From Eledone cirrhosa (Eukaryota): 64,000 bases of DNA. A program made the translations under genes and the position numbers. This document shows, one piece after another, positions 1-11,513 of this stretch (its first letter is position 1; each line of letters begins with the position of its first letter). The notes beneath the pieces were generated by a model that worked only from the letters and a program-made list of their open reading frames with translations, was not told where the DNA came from and did not search any database. Location of the stretch: the NCBI GenBank assembly GCA_964016885.1, contig OZ024760.1:34534001-34598000 (forward strand), written 5' to 3'.

Positions 1-2610
1 CATATTATAACTAAAGATACTATAGTAAAGATACTATAATAAAGATACTATAGTAAAGATACTTAACTGAAGATACTATAGCTGAAGATACTATAACTAA
101 AGATACTATAATAAAGATACTATAGTAAAGACACTATAACTAAAGATACTATAGTTAAGATACTATAGTATAGACACTATAACTAAAGATACTATAGTAA
201 AGATACTATTGTAGAGATACTATAGTAAAGATACTGTAGTTAAGATACTATAACTAAATATACTATTCTAAAGATACTATAACTCAAGATGCTATAATAA
301 AGATACTATAACTAAAGCTACTACAGTAAAGATACTATAATAAAGATACTATAGTAAAGATACTCTAACTAAAGTAACTATTGTAAAGATACTATAACTA
401 AAGATAATATAGTAAAGATACTATAACTAAAGATACTATAGTAAAGACACTATAACTGATGATACTATAACTGATGATACTATAACTAAAGATACTATAG
501 TAAAGATACTATAACTAAAGATACTATAGTAAAGATACTATAACAGAAGATACTATAGCTAAAGATACTATAACTAAAGATACTATAATAAAGATACTAT
601 AGTAAAGATACTATAACTAAAGATACTATAACTAAAGATACTATAGTAATGATATTATAACTAAAGATACTATAATAAAGATACTATAGTAAAGATACTA
701 TAACTAAAGATGCTATAGTAAAGAGACTATAGTAAAGATATTATAACTGAAGATACTAACTAAAGATACTATGGTAAAGATACTATAACTAAACATACTA
801 TAGTAAGGATACTGTAAATAAAGATACTATAGTAAAGATACTATAGTAAAGATTCTATAGTAAAGATACTATAACTAAACATACTATAACTAAACATACT
901 ATAGTAAAGATACTATAACTAAAGATACGGTAGTTAAGATACCATAAGTAAAGATACTATATTAAAGATACTATAGTAAAGGTACTATAACTAAAGATAC
1001 TATAGTAAAGATACTATAACTAAAGATGATATAGTAAAGATACTCTAACTAAAGATACTATAGTAAAGATACTACAGTAAAGATACTATATTAAAGACAC
1101 TATAACTAAAGATACTATATTTAAGATACTATAGTAAAGATACTATAACTAAAGATACAATAGTAAAGATATTACCGTAGAGATACTATAGTAAAGATAC
1201 TATAACTAAAGATACTATAATAAAGATACTCTAACAAAAGATGCTATAGCAAAGATACTATAACTTCAGATACTATAGTAAAGATTCTATAGTAAAAATA
1301 CTATAACTAAAGATACTATAACTAAACATACTATAGTAAAGATACTATAACTAAAGATACTATAGTAAAGATACTATAGTAAAATACTATAGTAGAGATA
1401 CTATAACTAAAGATACTATTGAAAAGATACTATAGTAAAGGTACTATAACAAAGATACTATAACTAAAGATACTATAACTAAAGTAACTATTGTAAAGAT
1501 ACTATAGTATAGATATAACTAAAGATACTATAGTAAAGATACTATAACTAAAGATACTATAACTAAAAATACTATAGTAAAGATACTAAAATAAAGATAT
1601 GATAAGTGAAGATACTATAACTAAAGATACTATAACTAAAGATACTATAGTGAAGATACTATAGTAAAGATACTATAACTGAAGATACTATAGCTAAAGA
1701 TACTATAGTAAAGATACTATAACTAAAGATACTATAATAAAGATACTATAGTAAAGATACTATAACTAAAGATACTATAGTAAAGATATTTTTAACTAAA
1801 GATACTATAATAAAGATACTATAGTAAAGATACTATAGTAAAGATATTTAACTGAAGATACTATAGTAAAGTCACTATAACTAAATATACTATGGTAAAG
1901 ATACTATAACTAAAGATACTATAGTAAAGATAATATAGTAAAAATACTATAACTAAAGATACTATAACTAAAGATACCATAGTAAAGTACTATAACTAAA
2001 GATATTGTAGTAAAGATACTATAACTAAAGATACTATAGTAAAGATATAACTAAAGATACTATAATTAAAGATACTGTAGTGAAGTTACTATAACTAAAG
2101 ATACTATAGTAAAGATACTCTAACTAAAGATACTATAGTATAGACACTATAACTAAAGATACTATAGTAAAGATACTATCGTAGAGATACTATAGTAAAG
2201 ATACTATAACTAAAGATACTATAGTAAAGATACTATAGTTAAGATACTATAACTAAAGAAACTATAGTAAAGATACTATAACTAAAGATACTATAGTAAA
2301 GATACTATGGTAAAGATACCATAGTAAAGATACTATAGTAAAAATAGTATAACTAAAGATACTATAGTAAATATACGATAGTAAAGATACTATAACTAAA
2401 GATACTATAGTAAAGATACTATGGTAACCATACTATAGTAAAGTTACTATGGTAAACATACTATAACTAAAGATACTATAGTAAAGATACTATAACTAAA
2501 GATACTATAACTAAAGATACTATAGTAACGATACTATAACTAAAGATACTATAGTAACGATACTATAGTAAAGATACTGTAACTAAAGATACTATAGTAA
2601 AGATACTATA
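1..2610. repeat. Short-unit satellite, mixed 14-bp GATACTATAGTAAA and 15-bp GATACTATAACTAAA units (~180 copies by length; runs off the left edge)
   Basis: Directly visible tandem units; array ends at ...agatactata|aacatttgaa near 2610. Confidence 0.97.
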
Positions 2611-2793
2611 AACATTTGAATTAACAAACTACATGAAACCCAATTAAGAAGACATTCATCTTAAAATAGTACAAAACAACACTGCATCACACAAGAAATG
2701 AAAGTCTTTACCTTTAGAATTTACATTACTCTATATATATTATTGTATTTTCTACGTAAACACTTTATCTCACATTATATTGAAACTACTAGA

Positions 2794-2978
2794 AGGCGGT
2801 GGATTGGCAGTATCGGTGGAGGGTCGGACACCATGCTTTCCAGCGTAGTTACGTCCCTTTACGATCTGAGTTCAAATCCCGCCGAGGTTGACTTTGCCTT
2901 TCATCCTTACGGGGTCGATAAAATAAAGTACCAGTAATGCACTGGGTAATTGCTGGCCTTGTGCCTAAAGTAGAAACA
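2794..2978 (+). mobile_element. tRNA-derived SINE (family A) with a perfect 20-bp target-site duplication
   Basis: A-box-like TGGCAGTATCGG, B-box GTTCAAATCC, central GCCTTTCATCCTTACGGGGTCGATAAAATAAAGTACCAG. ATTATATTGAAACTACTAGA occurs at 2774-2793 and 2979-2998. Many further copies in the window. Confidence 0.95.
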
Positions 2979-3039
2979 ATTATATTGAAACTACTAGATT
3001 TTGATTTCTATTTATTTTGCAAACAATACCTTAACATAA

Positions 3040-3080
3040 GTATGGGCTAGATACAGCCGGTTTAAATACTAAAGGGTTAA
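3040..3080. mobile_element. piggyBac-type MITE terminus remnant (...AAAGGG-TTAA)
   Basis: AAAGGGTTAA at 3071-3080, preceded by gggctagatacagccggtttaaatact; this resembles the reverse complement of the TTAACCCTTTAGTGTTCAAACC start at 10249. Confidence 0.5.
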
Positions 3081-3236
3081 ATAATGAAGTCTTGACCTTA
3101 ACACTGTTGTTTTTCACAATGATCTGTCCACTAGTAAAGGTATTATAAACTTTTGAATGAACAAACCCATTTTCAGGTATTTTTCTACAAAATTATTTAA
3201 AATATTTTCAAATAGCTCTATATCTTTCTTTTGTAG

Positions 3237-3332
3237 AGTCCAAATCGAAGTGAAACAAATAAGTCAGATCTCAGTCCAACCAGTGCTAGTATATCAGACA
3301 CACAAACATGGGAGAAAGACAAGAAATATGTT
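3237..3332 (+). CDS. Candidate internal coding exon, 96 bp, phase 0/0 (SPNRSETNKSDLSPTSASISDTQTWEKDKKYV); product unknown
   Basis: Polypyrimidine tract plus acceptor tctttcttttgtag at 3223-3236, donor gtaagg at 3333, open frame, length a multiple of 3, and less AT-rich than its flanks. Confidence 0.55.
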
Positions 3333-3519
3333 GTAAGGAAAATATTTTTATTGTTATTTCTCCTCTGAATCTTCTAATTGATTTTTCTCTGTTGTTTTAT
3401 TTTAAAATTTTAGCAAACAATTCTAACTGACCTTCAAAATGTTCTATTTATATTCCTGTTTAATGTTTGGTAGTACAGGATAACAGGATAATGTCTTAAC
3501 AAACTTGCAAATTTATTCA

Positions 3520-3552
<33 letters not shown>

Positions 3553-3807
3553 GGTAATTCTGTCATTACCATAACAGAATTCCGACAAGCTTTTGATTCC
3601 AGATTCAGGACAAATCGATACAGATCAAACCTTGAGTTGATCAATAGTAGGGCGTACTCAGGAAAGTAATGAAGAACTAACAAATCATCCTTTTTATCAT
3701 TATTATTATTATTACACTCTGCTTAGTACTACACCTCTATACTTACGGGAAACTATACATTGAGTGCTCACTCTGGTGAACCTACAGTAACTGGACATTA
3801 CAATATA

Positions 3808-4145
3808 TCATCATCATCATCATTTTATGTCCGCTTTTCCCTGCTTGCAAGGGTGGGACGGGAACTGATTTTGGCTTGATTTCTACAGCTGGATGCCTTT
3901 CCTAACACCAACCCCATTTACAGTGAGTGCTGGGTGCTTTTTTGCCGTGGCACCTCTACGTCCACTTTGCAATGGAATGATATGGACTCCAGTCCTATCA
4001 TCTCATTTCTAGAGCTGTGTAAACTGGGGCAATGTGAAATAAAGTGTCTTGCTCAAGGAAACAACACATCACCCGGTCTGAGAATTGAACTCACAACCTT
4101 TCTATTGCAAGCCCAATGCTCTAACCACTAAGCCATGTGCCTCCA
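3808..4145 (-). mobile_element. tRNA-derived SINE (family B) with an RTE-LINE-like 3' tail ending in (TGA)n
   Basis: Minus-strand A box TGGCTTAGTGG (4125-4135), B-box-like GAGTTCAATTC and central CCTTGAGCAAGACACTTTATTTCAC. Highly similar to the copy at 16409-16733; 3' end matches the LINE at 16747. Confidence 0.93.
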
Positions 4146-5410
4146 CATAATTAATTAATAATTAGTTGGAACCAGGTGTCAGAGTATCATCATTAAGTTT
4201 ATTCAGGTGTGACACATGTTTCATGATTAATCAGCTCAAGGTTCGATGTGTATCGATTGGGCCCAACTCTGGAATCAATAGCACATCAGACTCATGGATT
4301 CAATTACAATGAGTGATATCTGTGTACAGCTTTAAAAATACCATTTCTCATTCAGTGGGATGTTCTGTCGTTCACCACAATTGAAACTGTACATGGATGT
4401 CTCTCATCATTAATAAAACAGCTGATTCTTCCCAGAGAAAAGTAAAGAGAGAGGGGGAGGGAGGGAGTGGTATGGAGAAAGAATCCACCCCAGGGATATA
4501 GTTGAACTACTGGCAAATAAAGGAAATTACATTACTTTAATGTTTTCAAAAAGGAGAAAAATATGTTTTAGATTGCTTTAGCAAGAAGTATTTAGTTTCC
4601 TGGCATTTTGTCATCTTTAAACCTGATATTCTTTTGTGTCGGTTATTTGATGTTAAATAAGTTTGATTTTACTGCGTGGAATATTTCCTTAAGAAACTTT
4701 GCCACTGCCACAAATATCACTTTTAATTTGTTTTGTTAGGAAAAAACAAAACAAAACCATAATGACACAAGAATTTCACTTAAACAGAAGTCATCAATAT
4801 TTCAACTGAAATATTGATCTGATGAAATCATCATCATCATCATCATTGTTTCATATCTACTTTTTCTATGCTAGCATGGGTTGGATAAGATGTTTTTGAG
4901 GCAGCTTTTTTTCTGTGTGCTCTTCCAAAAAAAGGGAAAAGTCAGTGAGCAAGAGGACTTTTTAGTTGTTTCATGGACATGACAACATCCTTAGTGTTGG
5001 TGCTGTGATAAAACAGTAAAGCAGGGGATTATATGTTGAGCCCCCAGCTTACCTGGAGGTCTGTGGCTCTACTTTCAATATTGATCAGTCTGTAATGACA
5101 CAAACAACCTTTGCTAGAAGGGATGATGATGATGGGTAAATCTATTAAAATTTTGTAATAAAAAAAAAATGGATTCTGAATGTATATTTTAATGTATTTA
5201 GTTTTTATAATTTCTTGACATTTTAAAGTTGTTTAAAATTAAAATGTTTACATTTCCTCTCTAGCTAAAAATATTTTCACGTCCTTAAATGTGCTTCAAC
5301 TTTGGGAGGCTTCTTCCTGAATTTGAGAAAAGCCAAATTTAGATTAATTCCACATATAAATCCTCTCAAGGGGTTTGACACCACGATGTGAAGACTTCTT
5401 CATATTTCAG

Positions 5411-5445
5411 TTGTTTTGCCCTTGGATGTCTCACTACAATAAACG
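5411..5445 (+). CDS. Candidate micro-exon, 35 bp (LFCPWMSHYNK-R in phase 0)
   Basis: cttcttcatatttcag acceptor and G|gtaagt consensus donor at 5446. Phase is compatible with the 3237-3332 candidate, but it is too short to confirm. Confidence 0.3.
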
Positions 5446-6532
5446 GTAAGTTTGAAATGGATCAATGAGACGATTATTGGGTAAAAAGGGTCTCTTTAGT
5501 CATGTCAAAGGTGTCACAACTTCTCTAGTGCTGGTCTCATTATATAATACACCCAGTACACTCTGTAAAGTAGCTGGTGTTAGGAAGGACAGCCAGCTAA
5601 ATAAACCATGTCAATTACTTCTGTCTCCCTTCATAAATGCTATTAGTTGAAAATCTATTTTAACATTTGCAATGACTGTTAATTGTAGCTGTATCATATA
5701 AAAACAAAATGGCCAAACAGCAGATAAAATTATCTTAGCAAACATAATTCAATAAAGAGATAAATCTGTAAGGCCTGCCACAAATCTAATATATTATAGA
5801 GGGAAAACAATGCATTTATATATCTTAATATATAATGGAAAGGCAGTGAAATGGTAGAGTTGTTACCATCGAAACCAGGGCTAGGAATACTGGTTATCTC
5901 TGAATCAAAGAATCTATTCTAATAGCTAAACTCAACAGCCAGTGGTTAACATAGACAAACTTCCTACTACAATTCATTCCACTTCAGAAATAGTTACAAC
6001 CATAACTTAGATAAAAAAAATATAGCTTAAAACATGTACCACATGATCCACTCACCATTTCTAGCATTGAAAAAACTCCACCATGTTCAGATTATAAAGA
6101 ATGACACCATATATCCTCCTCTAAATTAGTTTCCTCAACTCATTATTGATGAAATATTTTACCCCGAAATATTAAGGACTAAACAACTCCAAGGTAACAT
6201 TCATGACATCTTTGTTATTTAATGTCCCATTGTTGTAGATTGTTAATAAAACACACTAAATATAAATATGTATGTGTGTGGGTGGGTGTTTGTCAATGTC
6301 TGTGATGAATATGTGTGTGTTAAATATATATGTGTGCGTGTATGTGTTTACATTTACTGTTTCTTTATGTCCTGCAGTTTGACAAAAAAAAGTAATTGAT
6401 AGAGTAAGTTGCAGAGTGGGAAAAGATAAGTCCTGGGGTTGATATGATCAACTAAACCAAAATGGTGCCCCAGCATGGCCACAATAAAAGAGTAAACATC
6501 TGGAAGTATAGGAGGGATTTCTTTTAACTACA

Positions 6533-6780
6533 TCTCTCTCTCTCTCTCTCAACTATACCTCATACCTCTCTCTCTCTCTCCACACTTCACACCTCTATCC
6601 TAGTTCTTTCTCTCTTTTGCTCTCTCTCTCCCCCACTCCTTCTTTCTCCCTCCCTCTCTCTCACTCCCCCTTTCTATCTCACTCTCTCTCTCACTCCAAA
6701 CTTCACTCGCCCCTCTCTCTATAGCACTCTCTCTCTCACCTCACCCTCTATATGTCACATGTCTTCTCTCTTCTTCCACT
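6533..6780. repeat. (CT)n-rich low-complexity tract
   Basis: Degenerate CT/TC runs. Confidence 0.9.
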
Positions 6781-6921
6781 ATTATACCAAACCCAGCAGC
6801 TGTCTATCTCTTCAATTTCTCTCAGACTGATTATTTCTTAGATAAATATGTCTTCAGAGAAAAACAGTGAAAAATACAAAAAAAAACTTTAAACTGAGAA
6901 TATTCTCGCAATTTCATCCTT

Positions 6922-7275
6922 TTAACCCTTCCGTTACGACATTTATAAAAAGAGAAAAAAACAAACAATACCTGTGCATTAGTAACATCATTTTCTCATT
7001 ATTAAGGTGGTGTTTGGAGCATAACTTAACAAAGGTTCTTACATAAAATTATGATGGAAGGTTTTTAGATAAATATAAACACTTTTGTTAATATATTTCT
7101 AATGAAAGACACATTCTTGGTTTTTTAATCGTTTTTGAAAAATATCCAGAATTTGAAGTGATTTGATAAGTTGGTGTTTGGAACATAACTTAACAAAGGT
7201 TCGTGCATAAAATTATGATGGAGTGTTTTTAGATAAACATAATTTAAAACAAAGTTTCTTACATAAAATTATGTG
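6922..7275. mobile_element. Degraded piggyBac-type MITE remnant with an internal ~165-bp-period duplication
   Basis: Begins TTAACCCTTCCG. GGTGTTTGGAxCATAACTTAACAAAGGTTCxTxCATAAAATTATGATGGA occurs twice (~7008 and ~7173). Related sequence follows TTAACC starts at ~7381, ~8426 and ~9640. Confidence 0.5.
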
Positions 7276-7734
7276 CAACACCTTCCCAATTTCACAGAAG
7301 AAATTGGTAGTCTGACCACCAACCTAGCACCAAGGACACTACAAGTTTACTGTGATCAGCAGGAAATGGAATCTGTCTGTTAACCTTTTGGTCAAGAACC
7401 CACCCAAAACTTGACAGGTCCTATGTAACAAACCCACCCATGTTAAAAGGTTTCTATCTAAATTAAAATCCTCCAACATAATTCGGTGTAAGAATCATTT
7501 CTTAACATATATTGCAAATACCATTTAAATAATGAAATGAGTGTGTATGTGTATGTGTGTGTGTGGGGGGGGGGGGCACTCTAGATGTTTCTGTTTATCT
7601 TGTCCATCATCACATTTCACTGGGCCTTAGAATTCCTTGAGGGTGCCCATCTCCTCTCCAAGCATCTAGTCCCTCACTAAGTTTAGCGTACCAGTAAATG
7701 CAGTTATCAGAGTGTGACTGAAAAATATTCCTTT

Positions 7735-7818
7735 GTCAGGTGAGAACCAGTCTACCTGTCCATCTCTGCCAGAAATATGAGTCAGGTGAGAACCAGTGTA
7801 CCTGTCCATCTCTGCCAG
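7735..7818. repeat. Local tandem duplication, period 46 bp
   Basis: GTCAGGTGAGAACCAGTxTACCTGTCCATCTCTGCCAG at 7735 and 7781. Confidence 0.9.
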
Positions 7819-8957
7819 GCATCAGGGAACTCTTTCTATCTTAATACCCCAGTCTTTTTAAATAATGTTTCCTCGAATCCTGGACATATAATGTCCAGGA
7901 TTGCAATAACATTTCTTTAAATCACTTCACTCTATGTTTAAAGCGACTGTGGGTAATGAATAATATGTTCAATTTTGAAATATCTTATATCAACAACAAA
8001 ACATTTAAGAGACTTAAATGAATAAAATAGAATATATATATGTGTGTCTGTGTGTGTGTAAGGTGTTACTCTCTATTGTTTATATTACATTCTCCTGTAT
8101 TTGTGACAATTGCTGTTATCAGATATGCTAATTTATCAGCTGAGAAGGTTAAGATGGCTTCTCTGTTTAGGAAGTGGGGTGTAGAAGTTTAAGACAAACT
8201 GGAATAGTAGATTAGTGAAATAGCAGGTTTACATCCCCCAAAAAAGAAAATATTTATCTGTTTTATCACAACCATTAAATCTGAAAACTTCTTGCTACAG
8301 TAAGGTTTATGGTTGGAGACCATTGTTTAAGTTTCAAGCATGTTTTCTTTTGGAGAATTTTTATCAAGAACCCCTAGCTCAAAGGGTAAAAAAGGCTTCC
8401 AGCAGGTAAATGCATTTGTATATTTTTAACCTTTTTTAATATCAGACCACCCGAAACTGCCCCAGGTTCTATGGTACAAGATTTTCTTTTAAAGTGTTTA
8501 TATTTATATAAAAACCTTCCATCATAATTTCATCTGAGGACCTTTGTTAAGTTAGTTATATTAAATCCTTTAAAATTCTTGATTACTTTTGAAATGATTT
8601 GAAAATCATAGTTATCCATTTATTGGGGAAAATGGCCTTAAAACACTTGTTTTGTTGTTGTGCATAGGCTGAGTTTTGTTAAATATTTTGTTCGATTCTC
8701 TACAAGTTCTCTAAATCATGAGATAACCAGTACACTCTAGGAAGGGCATCCAACTCTAGAAAACCTAAACAAAGGGTTGGAAGGACTTTTCAGTTGTGTC
8801 AGGGACATGATAAAATACATTCAGTAGAGTGTAGCAACATATGTAAGCAAGATTCAGGCCTCCCAAGCCATCCAAAAGGTCAGTAGCTCCACTTGAGTAT
8901 TGACTTGGTCTGTAAAGACCCATCACCCCTTGCTAGCAGAGAAGATAAATTTTAAAT

Positions 8958-9246
8958 CAGGGGTCTCAAATACACAACCCACAGCAAAAAAAGTTTTTGT
9001 TACTAATTAAGGAAAATTAAAAACTGAAAATTTATCCCTCTACATTTTGTACTAATTCCCATATCCCACTTACTATCATATGTATTTATTTTGATGAAAA
9101 AATGATAATAAATAGCAGTCTATGAGTTGTATTGCAGATTAGTATTCTAACTCGTGGAACCTCTTTCCCTCATCTCAGTTTTGACCCACTGGGCCTCTTC
9201 CCTGATATATAATGGCTTCTTTTATGTCCTTGAGTATGAAACCTTG
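8958..9246 (+). mobile_element. hAT-like MITE (degenerate)
   Basis: Starts CAGGGGTCTCAAA and ends GAGTATGAAACCTTG (decayed TIR). The 8-bp flanks TTTTAAAT and CATTAAAT match at 6/8. Shares CATCTCAxTTTTGACCCACTG with the copy at 63495-63796. Confidence 0.65.
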
Positions 9247-10021
9247 CATTAAATGATGATGAATGTGTCTCTGGGTATGAGTGATGGTGAGGCAGAGGGG
9301 GGTGTATTACTGAGGTAGAAAGTACTTCAGGCAGGTGTTTTGCTTGTTAATAAATGCTCTATTTTCAACTATTTACTGATAACTAACAGCCAGAATAAGT
9401 TGATTTGAATGTCGTTAACATATTCCTTGATAAAAGCTGATTTAGAGTAAAATTTACATATCATTACATGCCATTTCTCAGAAACATGAATCACCTGGTT
9501 AATGGTGGTCTTTTGACCTGCTAGAAATAGCTACCAGACCATCACCATCACCATTTAAACATCTGCTTCATTATGATGATGATGATGGTTTGACAGCTAT
9601 TTCTCGATATTTTCCAAATCTCACCCTCCTACTTTGTTTTTAACCCCTTCAACAACTAAAACTGCCCTCCTTTTATGGCGCAACAACTTTTCATTTTAAA
9701 ACATCCATCAAAGTTTTATTTGAGAAATTTCTAAGTAATGTTCCAATCTTTGGCTTACTAATGAAAAAGTTTGTTATTTCATTAAATTCTTTAAATTTTC
9801 ATAATTGATTATTACACATAATTAGTGTAGTTCATTAGAAATATGGTAACAGAAGAGTTAAAGAAAGGACATTGGATTATGTATTTGTTATATACATCTA
9901 AAATAAAGACTGGATGGTCACAGCTGGAATGCTTTTGATCATATGTAGGGCTGCTTGCTCCATCAGCACTAGGTTGGGTGCTAAACAATACATTTTCAAA
10001 TATCCACAGATGCAAAATTTT

Positions 10022-10187
10022 GGACACATCATCAGTGTTGTATACTACAGTCACTGGGTATTTTGTGTGGTCTTACAACATAGTCACCATCATCCAGGTA
10101 ACTCAACTACAGGACATATCATCAAAGATGTATTCTGCAGTCACTGGGTATTTTGTGTGGTCTTACAACATAGTCACCATCATCCAG
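10022..10187. repeat. Local tandem duplication, period 90 bp
   Basis: CAGTCACTGGGTATTTTGTGTGGTCTTACAACATAGTCACCATCATCCAG is identical at ~10048 and ~10138. Confidence 0.92.
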
Positions 10188-10248
10188 ATGTTATTTTGTT
10201 GTTTCAAAGATTTCAAGGCCAAATAATTTGTATAAAAATAAAACATGT

Positions 10249-11125
10249 TTAACCCTTTAGTGTTCAAACCCCCTAAAATCGCCCGAAATTATTTCCGCTT
10301 CATTTGTTCAAACCGCCCGAAATCGCCCGATAACACCCACACTAAAAAATAATTCTAAAAATAAACAAACCATCATCAAAATCTCGTCAATTCGAGATTA
10401 CTGCGAGATTAAGCCCTTACCGCGAAAATTAACACTTAATATAGTGAAACAACTTAAAACAACAAGTGTTTTTTTTAACTTTGAAAGTACAACAAATTTT
10501 TTTTTTGTATCAACATGGCTTATGAAAGTAGCAATACCGACTTTGAAGGTTTTACACAGGACGACATTCAGAATAAACAAGAAACAAACGATAATATTAG
10601 TGATTTATCTTCAAATGAATCTGATGTTTATATTTCTGAAATTTCGTCCGACGATGATTGTTTTGAAAGTGAAAACGAAGGAGATCTCCAGGACGCCATT
10701 GAAAATATTACAGCAACGTGGTTGAAAAATACCACACTAATATATGTTCCCGATTTTATTCAAAATATTGGTCCACAACACACATTAGCTCCCGATGCTA
10801 AAGCACTGGATTATTTCCTTTTGTTTTTACCACAAACTTTCTTCGAAGTTGTGGCAGAAGAGATTAAGCGATATGCCCAACAACAGATTTCAATTCGAGG
10901 AAAACCCGATCTGTTTGGCGACCGACAGATGCTGTGGAAATGCAAGCATTTTTTACCGAAAATACTATGTTCGGTATGAAACAATTTCCAAGACTGTGGA
11001 ATTACTGGAACACTGATATAAGGTTTAGTGATCCTTATATATCAAGTATTATGCCGAAAACAACGTATTTAAAATTAAACCAGTATTTGCACCTGGTTGA
11101 TACTTCAAATGCCTCTATTAATTAA
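10249..11125 (+). mobile_element. piggyBac-family DNA transposon, left part: TIR plus frameshifted, truncated transposase (PGBD-like)
   Basis: TTAA-CCCTTTAG terminus with subterminal CGCCCGAAAT repeats. ORF 10515-10979 has an acidic N-terminus and ALDYFLLFLPQTFFEVVAEEIKRYAQQ; it continues in another frame (10934-11125) as EMQAFF...YWNTD...ISSIMPKTTYLKLNQYLHL, typical of the piggyBac transposase N-terminal half. No DDD catalytic core or right TIR seen. Confidence 0.88.
10515..11125 (+). pseudogene. piggyBac transposase pseudogene fragment (frameshift near 10915-10935)
   Basis: Two overlapping ORFs in different frames join into a recognisable transposase segment; stop at 11125. Confidence 0.85.
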
Positions 11126-11302
11126 TTTCACCTGCCCATAAAAGTCAAATTTGAACAAAAAAATCAGGTAAAATTAAATAATTGTAAATTATTGATATTT
11201 AAAGATCTACTGACAAAATTTCAAGCCTGCACATAGAAAATTAAGAAAATTACAAATAAATAAAATTGATAACCCTCTTGAGTATGATTAACTCAAAATA
11301 AT

Positions 11303-11473
11303 TGTTTCTACTTTTGGCACAAGGCCAGCAATTCTCCAGTGTATTACTGGTACTTTATTTTATCGACCCCGTAAGGATGAAAGGCAAAGTTAACCTCGGA
11401 GGGATTTGAACTCAGATGATAAAGGGACGTAACTCTATGCTTCAAAGCATGGTGTCCGACTCTCTACCAATAC
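11303..11473 (-). mobile_element. SINE family A, slightly 5'-truncated
   Basis: Reverse complement of family A. Flanked by TATGATTAACTCAAAATAAT at 11283 and 11474. Confidence 0.93.
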
Positions 11474-11513
11474 TATGATTAACTCAAAATAATTGTTTCT
11501 ACTTTTGGCACAA

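Noticed and set aside
2698-2937. Recurrent small ORFs ending ...NPAEVDFAFHPYGVDKIKYQ (also at 27413, 33962, 38749)
   Set aside because: Chance translation of SINE A, not a protein family.
3575-3665. Hammerhead relic on the minus strand (TCAAAAGCTTGTC)
   Set aside because: The GAAA core is mutated and there is no correctly placed CUGANGA.
4205-4245. Hammerhead relic on the minus strand (GAAACATGTGTC)
   Set aside because: No intact CUGANGA upstream of the putative stem II.
5265-5445. Longer coding exon using the ctctctag acceptor at 5264
   Set aside because: Stop codons occur in all three frames shortly after the acceptor.
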